Below are positions 57,072-64,000 of a DNA stretch of 64,000 bases, piece after piece (the first letter of the stretch is position 1; each line of letters begins with the position of its first letter). The DNA lies in contig CAZNUP010000002.1 of NCBI GenBank assembly GCA_964576435.1, positions 183,182 to 247,181 of the forward strand. The letters run 5' to 3'. Under the pieces are notes generated by a model. It had not been told where the DNA came from and searched no databases. It saw only the letters and a list, made by a program, of their open reading frames with translations. Origin of the DNA: an uncultured Gammaproteobacteria bacterium. Its GTDB lineage: Bacteria; Patescibacteriota; Microgenomatia; JAMCZE01. Made by a program: the position numbers and the translations under genes.

Positions 57072-57919
57072 AAAGAATTCTCAATTTAACTAAAAGGCAA
57101 AAGTTTGCCATCGCTACGGTGGTGCTTTTGTTGGCAATAATTGCGATTCGAGCATTTGGTTTGGAACAAATCGCCTGGAGATTTAGGGTGGGCGTTTTTG
57201 CGTTGATATCAATTGGGGTTACATTATTTGCTCTCAAGGATGAAGATTTTTCTGGTTCAGAGTGGTTTTTACTTCCCATTTTGCCGGTTTTTTTCTCTGT
57301 TGGGTCGGTTCTCGTTTACCCACTCCTTCCTCAAAGGATGGATAATTTTTTGGGAATAGCTGTTCGACCTGACACAGGATTTATTTTGGGAGTAATTGTG
57401 AGGGCAATTTTTCTTGGATTTTTTGTAGTAGGGTATTATGCGGCGCTTTTGACCTCAAATATTTACAACGTGGCTGCCGTTAAAGGGATTCAGCTCCTCC
57501 GTGTGGCACACTCAATTGGGTTTTTAACCACGGTTGCTACAGCACTTTTCTTCTATATAGTTATTAGCTCGTTTCATTTATCTAGTTTTCAAAACTTTGT
57601 AGCGGTATTTTTAGTGTCATGGCCTTTGGCACTTCAATCTATTTGGAGTATAAATTTGGAAAGCAAAGTGGGGGAGAATGTTAGGAATTTTTCCCTTATT
57701 ACGGCGCTAATTCTTGCAGAAGCTGCTTTTATTTTGTCATTTTGGCCACTTGGAGTATCAATTTTTGCATTGTTCCTGACAGCCTTATTTTATGAGGTGA
57801 TTGGGATAGTGCAGTTTCATATGGGGGAAAAACTGTCTTCAAGGATTGTTAACGAGTTCGTAGCGGTAGCAATTGTTGTATTTTTGTTAACCGTGTTTAC
57901 AACAGTTTGGGGAGCTTAG
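57068..57919 (+). CDS. hypothetical integral membrane protein
   Basis: About 8 TM helices, no motif recognised. Confidence 0.45.
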   Translation: MKRILNLTKRQKFAIATVVLLLAIIAIRAFGLEQIAWRFRVGVFALISIGVTLFALKDEDFSGSEWFLLPILPVFFSVGSVLVYPLLPQRMDNFLGIAVRPDTGFILGVIVRAIFLGFFVVGYYAALLTSNIYNVAAVKGIQLLRVAHSIGFLTTVATALFFYIVISSFHLSSFQNFVAVFLVSWPLALQSIWSINLESKVGENVRNFSLITALILAEAAFILSFWPLGVSIFALFLTALFYEVIGIVQFHMGEKLSSRIVNEFVAVAIVVFLLTVFTTVWGA

Positions 57920-58099
57920 TTTGAGGTGGGGAAGAGAGGAGTCTGAAAAACTATAAGACTTAATGCGGGGATCTTTTCACTAATTTGGGGACAGGTTTTC
58001 ACAAATATCAAACTATATCATTATCAGATATACAACAGGGATTAAACGCTACAATGGCGAGGATAAACGCATAAAAAACCCGAAAGCTACGCTGGAAAT

Positions 58100-58530
58100 A
58101 GAAGATATATCGCATTGCTACGCTCCAAATATCACGACGTAATGGAAATTATAGGACTAATATTTACGGTCAAAAATGATAGTTTAGACTGTTTTTATGC
58201 TCCAAACTCCATCGAAATTCATCATGGTCTTGTATACTTTTGCTACAGCTCCCAATGAAAGAAGTGAGGTCAAACTGTGAAAGAAAGAGCGTTCTTATGC
58301 TCCGCAAATGAACACAAAATATATTGCCAAATATTAATATTTACGCTCAAAAATGATTGTTTTGGCTGATAATATGCTCCAAAGTAGAGTGGAAGTGAGG
58401 TTGCTCCTTAGATACCAAAAGAGAGGTTGGTTTATTCGAAAAGATGTTCCTATTAACTAACAAGAGAGTGTATTACTTTTGCCAATTAAAAGGTTTTGTA
58501 GTTACTGATAAGTTTCTATGCTCCCTAATA
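58100..58530. repeat. degenerate direct-repeat array (49-nt units at 58158-58206 and 58335-58383; five tatgctcc/tacgctcc cores) in the 0.9-kb intergenic region upstream of the recombinase
   Basis: The two 49-nt units are about 84% identical (taatatttacgNtcaaaaatgatNgttt..ctg.....atgctccaaa). gaagtgaggt recurs at 58261 and 58392. Confidence 0.55.
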
Positions 58531-58837
58531 GTGAGGGGTCTTAAAAATAGCTTTTTGTTGACAATTTAGGCTGTGGGGTGGTAAATTGGTTATGTCGTAA
58601 ATTGTATCTTTAACGACGTATAAGCTCGAAACTGAGAGAAGAGTAAGGATTTGGCTTTTTGCCTTGTTTTTTTATTTTTGTACTTAATATTGTGTTTCAG
58701 TTATACTGATCATTATTAATTTGACCTTATATTCTCGACTTACTAGTTAGGTGTTATCCCCTACTATAGGTTAAAGAGTGTATTTGGAGAATCAGATATA
58801 GATTGATTTAACAATATAAATAGACCACCCTTTTTGT

Positions 58838-59767
58838 ATGGCAGATAAATTATTAGTGGAGTACATTACTGATTTCCTCGAATACTGTGAGCTTGACCGG
58901 AATTTGTCACCACTGACAGTTAAGATGTATGGTTATTACCTACAAAGCTTTGCTGGATGGCTTAGTGAAACTAAGCAAAGTATTAGGCCGCAAGACCTCA
59001 CAGAAGACACCTTAAGGGACTACCGTTTGTATCTAAGCAGGTATGTAAATCCTGTCAAAGGACCATTAGCAAAGCCTACTCAAAATTATTTCCTTATAGC
59101 TATAAGAGCGTTTCTAAGATTTTTAAATAAGAAAGGAGTAAAAACTTTAGCGCCTGATCAAATAGAACTTGGAAAGAATAGAGACAGGCAAATTAAATTC
59201 TTATCTAAGGATCATTTAGAATTGTTACTTGCCGGACCAGATACTGATACTGATGAAGGAATGAGAGACCGGGCAATATTAGAATTATTTTTTAGTACAG
59301 GACTTCGTGTGTCAGAACTAACAAGACTTGATAGAGATAAAGTTAATTTAGAAACAAAAGAATTTGGAATAATTGGTAAGGGCGGACGGGCGCGGGTGGT
59401 GTTTATATCAACCAGGGCATGTGAAATCCTTGGAAGGTACCTTTCACGGCGTCAGGATATTTGGAAGCCATTATTCATTCGTTATAGTGGAAAGGTTGAT
59501 GAAAATGACCAAGGAAATAAAATGCGACTTACTCCAAGAAGCGTTGAAAGAATGGTTGCCAAATATGTTAAGAAAGCAAAGTTGCCAGTCAATGCAACGC
59601 CACATACCTTGAGACATTCGTTTGCTACTGATCTACTTATGAACGGCGCTGATTTGAGAAGTGTTCAGGAAATGCTCGGACATAAAAATGTCGCTACAAC
59701 TCAAATTTATACTCACGTTACTAATGCAAAATTAAAAGAGGTTCACGAGAAGTTTCATGGGAAGTAG
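58838..59767 (+). CDS. tyrosine site-specific recombinase (XerC/XerD-like)
   Basis: N-terminal SAM-like core-binding domain plus catalytic R..HxxR..Y (ELTRLDRD...; HTLRHSFATDLLMNGADLRSVQEMLGHKNVATTQIYTHV). Confidence 0.85.
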   Translation: MADKLLVEYITDFLEYCELDRNLSPLTVKMYGYYLQSFAGWLSETKQSIRPQDLTEDTLRDYRLYLSRYVNPVKGPLAKPTQNYFLIAIRAFLRFLNKKGVKTLAPDQIELGKNRDRQIKFLSKDHLELLLAGPDTDTDEGMRDRAILELFFSTGLRVSELTRLDRDKVNLETKEFGIIGKGGRARVVFISTRACEILGRYLSRRQDIWKPLFIRYSGKVDENDQGNKMRLTPRSVERMVAKYVKKAKLPVNATPHTLRHSFATDLLMNGADLRSVQEMLGHKNVATTQIYTHVTNAKLKEVHEKFHGK

Positions 59768-59938
59768 TTCTATTTCGGGGGTTCATCAAACCTGTTTGCT
59801 ATAACAGCGATTTCAATTATGCCACTGGTCCAACTGGCAATTATAAGCCACATTCCTGTAATATGGTCATGTTGCAATATTATTAGTCCCAGAAGTTATT
59901 GGTATAAAAAATGTTCAATCGGAACCATACGTCGTAGA

Positions 59939-60367
59939 TTATTGTTTCTCTTGTGAATTGTCATTTTCGTCGCTGCTCATGTCTGCATAATATTGATCCC
60001 AGACTTTATTTTTTAGTTGCCTTTCTATGAGATTTTGTCTTGCTTTAAGTCCAGTGGAGATCAGCTCAGCAAATCCTATACTAAACATAAAATAACCGGT
60101 GTAAAAGTCTCCCTCAGCCATATTTTTGATTCCTGCAGTCAATAGTAAAATTCCTACTGAGGCTCTAAAAAAAGGCATCTTTTCGTTCCGCTTGTTTGCT
60201 AAGGCTTTTCCCATGTCAAGTCTAACTAAAAGATTTCCCTTCCCATCAAATTTAGCAGTTAATGGATGGCTTCTTGCTTCCTGATAATTGGAAGCAAGGA
60301 CATCGACTGTGGTTGCGGCTACAGGCCCAAGGGTCAATGTAGCTAACTCTAATCCCCCTGCAATCAT
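59939..60367 (-). CDS. hypothetical protein
   Basis: 142-aa ORF with an N-terminal hydrophobic region. Confidence 0.35.
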   Translation of the reverse strand: MIAGGLELATLTLGPVAATTVDVLASNYQEARSHPLTAKFDGKGNLLVRLDMGKALANKRNEKMPFFRASVGILLLTAGIKNMAEGDFYTGYFMFSIGFAELISTGLKARQNLIERQLKNKVWDQYYADMSSDENDNSQEKQ

Positions 60368-60505
60368 ACGAGTATTTTAAACTATAGGGTGAAAATTGTA
60401 AAGATTACCTTTTTTTGCGACTTAGGGTTAGATTTTTGTCCGTTTGGGTTTGGTTTGACTGATACTTGGTTGTTTGCGATTACAATGGGCGCCTTAGGTA
60501 ATATG

Positions 60506-61435
60506 TTAAATAAGGCCGATTTCTTTTGCCCATTGGTCCTCCTGGTTGCCAAGAAGCTCTATTGCTTGTATTACTTCAAATGGGTCAATTCTACCCCTTT
60601 TTGCTTGGATTGCTAATTCTGGTGTGCTATGTGTTACGTCGTGATGACCTTGTGCATCGGTGACAAATTTACCGGCTTTTAAAATACTTTCATTAAAGGC
60701 AATCACAACACCCCCACGCTCTTCTGTTGCAGTTTCAAGAAATTCGAATACAGTTTGAATTTTGTCTGGAGATATTAGGTTTGAAAAAGTTGTCAAAAGT
60801 GGATAACGGTTCTTATAGGATAAATACTGTGTGGGGTCTATACTCTCGTAACTTGCTTGCTCGATAGAATTCCTCAAATGTTCAAAAAATGCTTCGAAGA
60901 CTAAAGCATCAGAATAATGTCGACTTTTTGCAGATTCGTCTATCTGGTTTATGATAATTTGCCTTAAATCTTTTATGTAATTTCCCTTGAAAAGAGGAAC
61001 AACATTTCTATGAACGGCCATTAGAAAAGCACCCATGCTTGCATATCTATTGACGTTGTTGTCAGTTATTTCAGTGTGGAAGGATTGTGTCGGGTTATAT
61101 GTTTCACCAACAAGTTCTTGATGGTCTCTGAAGTATTGGTGTGAATATAGTGGAGTAGTGTAATACCAGCCTTTGGCTTTTCCTCGTACTGCCATATTCG
61201 AATCCTTATCTACTTTAATTTCTCCGTCTGCAAGTTGGCCGAATATATTGAAAAAATCATCTGAACGTACAGCGACAATATTGTTTTTCTCTTGATTAAG
61301 ATTTGTTCCTAAAAATGCTTTCGTTTGTTGGACTCGATAAGGATTGCGCGCAAACTTTGTTTTTATTTCGAATAAAAGAGATTTTTCAACCTCGCCAAAG
61401 TGAGGTGCATCAGTCGGTTCGCCGAATCTTGGCAT
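60506..61435 (-). CDS. hypothetical protein (no recognisable domain)
   Basis: 309-aa ORF whose start is 4 nt from the upstream SIMPL gene's stop. Confidence 0.45.
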   Translation of the reverse strand: MPRFGEPTDAPHFGEVEKSLLFEIKTKFARNPYRVQQTKAFLGTNLNQEKNNIVAVRSDDFFNIFGQLADGEIKVDKDSNMAVRGKAKGWYYTTPLYSHQYFRDHQELVGETYNPTQSFHTEITDNNVNRYASMGAFLMAVHRNVVPLFKGNYIKDLRQIIINQIDESAKSRHYSDALVFEAFFEHLRNSIEQASYESIDPTQYLSYKNRYPLLTTFSNLISPDKIQTVFEFLETATEERGGVVIAFNESILKAGKFVTDAQGHHDVTHSTPELAIQAKRGRIDPFEVIQAIELLGNQEDQWAKEIGLI

Positions 61436-61438
61436 GTC

Positions 61439-62212
61439 TTATCTTGTTTCGTAACTTAAAGTTATTTGAACTATAATTTCTGTTTGGCCTGGTTCGATCT
61501 GGGTTGGAACTTGATCGGCCGCTACTGCATTTTCCTTTGCCATAGACATAGTTGGGTAGTTCCCTCCCCTGCCAACTTGCGATTCATAAACGTTGATTAT
61601 TTTCCCAAGCGTAATTCCAGTTTCTGAAGCTAGTGCATTGGCATTTGCTTTAGCGTCAGCTATAGCAAGTTTACGAGCTTCATTTTGGAACTTTTGTGGA
61701 TCGTCAATTGTAAAAGATAGACCGCCAATTTGATTGGCTCCATTTGCGGTTGCCACATCAATTACCTGGTTAATTTTTTGGAAATCTCTAACCTTAACTT
61801 GCATATTAACGTTGACGTTATAGCCAGTTATTTTTGGTTGTGATCCAGTATCTCCAAGACCAAGAGGAGTTGGTTGGGTGGAATACTCAGGTGAGATATT
61901 GTAATTGGTTGTTTGAATATCTTTTTCTGGAATACCAAGAGCTTTTAATTCTGAATTTATTTTATTAACTGTTTCATTCGCTTTGTTTTGAGCAGCGCTT
62001 ACTGTTGGGGCAGAATAGGTGTAACCAATTTGGACAATTGCGACATCGGGCTTAGCGTAAACTTTTCCTTCACCATTTGATGTAAAGAATTCAGATTTAT
62101 TTGTGTTAACAACTGCAACTGGAATACTTGGACCAAAAGAAGCGTAAAGGCCAAAGAGAACGAAAAAGGCTACAAGAATTATTAAAGCGCTGACTGGTAT
62201 TTTATTGCTCAT
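61439..62212 (-). CDS. SIMPL-domain (DUF541/BP26-like) exported protein
   Basis: Signal/TM segment plus PDVAIVQIGYTYSAPTVSAAQNKANETVNKINSELKALGIPEKDIQTTNYNISPEY, which fits the SIMPL core. Confidence 0.65.
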   Translation of the reverse strand: MSNKIPVSALIILVAFFVLFGLYASFGPSIPVAVVNTNKSEFFTSNGEGKVYAKPDVAIVQIGYTYSAPTVSAAQNKANETVNKINSELKALGIPEKDIQTTNYNISPEYSTQPTPLGLGDTGSQPKITGYNVNVNMQVKVRDFQKINQVIDVATANGANQIGGLSFTIDDPQKFQNEARKLAIADAKANANALASETGITLGKIINVYESQVGRGGNYPTMSMAKENAVAADQVPTQIEPGQTEIIVQITLSYETR

Positions 62213-62466
62213 CTTATTGGTGGTGGTTTAATTATTGAACCAGAACATTTATTGTCTACGCATTTCATAGAGCCAAGTGATTTGTTTGTGCAGCGCATTA
62301 TTGGTCCGCAGCGCAGTGTACAGTCACTATCTCTTGTGCAATAAGATCCTGGTTTTGGCACACTTCTATATGCTTGCGGAGAGAAGTTTACACCACTTTG
62401 AACAAGAACAACAGCAGAAATTACGGCTACTACTAGAATGAGAATAAACAAAAGCTTCATGCACAC
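62209..62466 (-). CDS. small secreted cysteine-rich peptide (8 Cys)
   Basis: Signal peptide, then a C-x6-C-x3-C-x6-C-x8-C-x4-C framework plus further Cys. Its stop overlaps the SIMPL gene start. Confidence 0.45.
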   Translation of the reverse strand: MCMKLLFILILVVAVISAVVLVQSGVNFSPQAYRSVPKPGSYCTRDSDCTLRCGPIMRCTNKSLGSMKCVDNKCSGSIIKPPPIR

Positions 62467-62486
62467 TCATTAATGCAAAAAAGAAT

Positions 62487-64000
62487 TTATTTTTCAAGAG
62501 CAGCTACTGCTGCCACTTTGTCTCCCTTTTCGGAGAAGCGCATGAGGATAACACCTTGGGTGCTTCTGCCTAATTTCGGAACTGAAATGATTGGAAGTTT
62601 TATCACAATGCCCTTTGACGAAGTTAATATCAGTTGATCAATGGTTTCGTCGACCATTCTTGCGGTTACTAAGTTTCCAGTTTTGTCTGTGAGATTCATG
62701 GCTTTTACTCCCATACCTCCCCTACCTTGCTTTGGGAATTCTTTGACGATGGTTCTTTTGCCAAGCCCATTTTCAGCAACAACTAGAAGTTCTGGGTTTT
62801 CATTTGGTGAAATTGATTCCATTCCAACTACAAAATCGCTTTTTGAGAGTTTGATACCTCTAACACCAATAGTGTCTCTTCCTTGAGGTTTGGCTTCCTT
62901 TTCAGAGAATCTGATGGATTTGCCTTCATGAGTTACAAGTAAAATATCATCGTCACCGGCCGTTAATTTTGCCCAAACTAGTTCGTCCCCTGATTCTAGT
63001 TTGATTGCAGTTAGGCCATTTCTTCTTATGTTTGTAAATTCAGTCAGTGAAGTCTTCTTGACCGTACCAGCTTTGGTTGCTAGGAACACATATCCTGGTT
63101 TATCAAGCTTTGCTGGGTAAGTGAGAATTGATTGCACACTTTCTCCTTGCTCACTACTAATGATATTAACAATTGCTTGACCTTTGGCTTGTCTACTTCC
63201 TTCAGGGAGTTCAAAAACTCGTGTTTGATAGACCTTGCCTTTATTTGTAAAGAAAAGAATATTATCATGGGCATTTCCTGTTACTAGATGTTCGATTTCG
63301 TCTTCTTCTTTTGTGGTCATCCCAGTTACTCCTTTACCACCTCTGGCTTGTGCTTTGTAAGCAGTTGGTGAGAGCCTTTTGACATAGCCAGTTTTAGTAA
63401 CAGTTATGACCATGGGTTCGTTTTGGACCAGGTCTTCTTCTGAAAATTCCCCTACTTTACCTTTAATGACTTTGGTTCTTCTGTCATCACCGTACTTTTC
63501 TTTGAGTTTTATCAGTTCGTCTTTAATGACAATCATGATTTTCTCTGGATGAGCAAGAAGGTCTTCAAGATATGCAATGGTTTCTCTGATCATTGCTAAT
63601 TCGTCTTCAATCTTTTGTCTTTCCAAAGCCGCTAGTCGTCTTAGCTGCATATCTAAGATAGCGGTTGCTTGAATGTCTGATAGCTTGAATCTGTCCATGA
63701 GTTTTCCTTTAGCAATATCAGCCGATTCTGCTTTTCTAATGATTGCTATAACTTCGTCAATATGGTCGACAGCAATCTTTAAACCTTCTAAGATATGCTC
63801 TCTAGCTTTTGCTTCTCTTAATTCGTATTCACTTCTTCTTCTGACAACATTTTGGCGGTGCTTTAGATATTCATCCAAAATCATCTTAAGTGTTAGAGTT
63901 TGTGGGGTGTTATCAACTAAAGCGACCACATTAACCGGATAAGAGATCTGAAGATTGGTGTGTTTAAAGAGATTATTCAAAACGGATTGGGGTTTGGCGT
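62487..64000 (-). CDS. gyrA: DNA gyrase subunit A, C-terminal ~500 aa (5' end beyond window)
   Basis: LFKHTNLQISYPVNVVALV, a coiled-coil region (LSDIQATAILDMQLRRLAALERQKIEDEL) and repeated beta-pinwheel GKG/GGxG blades. The ORF is open to the window end. Confidence 0.88.
   Translation of the reverse strand, partial: AKPQSVLNNLFKHTNLQISYPVNVVALVDNTPQTLTLKMILDEYLKHRQNVVRRRSEYELREAKAREHILEGLKIAVDHIDEVIAIIRKAESADIAKGKLMDRFKLSDIQATAILDMQLRRLAALERQKIEDELAMIRETIAYLEDLLAHPEKIMIVIKDELIKLKEKYGDDRRTKVIKGKVGEFSEEDLVQNEPMVITVTKTGYVKRLSPTAYKAQARGGKGVTGMTTKEEDEIEHLVTGNAHDNILFFTNKGKVYQTRVFELPEGSRQAKGQAIVNIISSEQGESVQSILTYPAKLDKPGYVFLATKAGTVKKTSLTEFTNIRRNGLTAIKLESGDELVWAKLTAGDDDILLVTHEGKSIRFSEKEAKPQGRDTIGVRGIKLSKSDFVVGMESISPNENPELLVVAENGLGKRTIVKEFPKQGRGGMGVKAMNLTDKTGNLVTARMVDETIDQLILTSSKGIVIKLPIISVPKLGRSTQGVILMRFSEKGDKVAAVAALEK

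Noticed and set aside
57920-58837. Possible CRISPR array or oriC in the repeat-rich intergenic region
   Set aside because: The repeats are degenerate (about 84% identity) and irregularly spaced with no uniform spacers, so this is not CRISPR-like. I found no TTATCCACA-type DnaA boxes and there is no dnaA or dnaN nearby, so an oriC call is unsupported.
58838-59767. Phage-type integrase marking a prophage
   Set aside because: The N-terminal SAM-like core-binding domain and the ~310-aa size fit XerC/D-type recombinases. No phage structural or replication genes are adjacent, so I kept it as a Xer-like recombinase with possible small cargo.

Overview
This window reads as a gene-dense, low-GC bacterial chromosome segment. 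Genes are short and tightly packed, many overlap by a few bases at their starts and stops, several start with GTG, and TGA is used as a stop codon. Small secreted or membrane proteins of unknown function are abundant, which suggests a small-genome (CPR/Patescibacteria-like) lineage; that lineage call is inference only.

Recognisable core genes include:
- dnaX (C-terminal fragment)-ybaB-recR
- cysS, tmk, msrB and pyrD
- the ychF / rpsF-ssb-rpsR block
- ctpA and htrA
- prfA-rpmE (the prfA-like ORF is translated before rpmE on the minus strand)
- hisS and dnaB
- tRNA-Leu(CAA), efp, lgt, dksA-like, an rluA-family gene, a kef-type antiporter and tgt
- an LCP-family gene, yebC-ruvC, a xerC/D-like tyrosine recombinase, and a partial gyrA at the 3' edge

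Accessory content that I consider worth a second look:
1. Two paralogous ~130-nt noncoding elements, each with its own TATAAT box, sit in the leaders of two neighbouring genes. They lie inside a small island that also holds a nucleotidyltransferase and two Tat-signal proteins.
2. A conserved near-leaderless promoter motif is shared by two genes 16 kb apart.
3. A degenerate direct-repeat array lies immediately upstream of the tyrosine recombinase.
4. A minus-strand operon downstream of gyrA encodes a Cys-rich small secreted peptide, a SIMPL protein and a 309-aa unknown.
5. A 16.6-24.5 kb block of secreted and membrane proteins includes a surface protein with three tandem Trp-motif repeats, a Pro/Thr linker and a Cys-knot tail.

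I found no CRISPR array, rRNA gene or obvious transposase.
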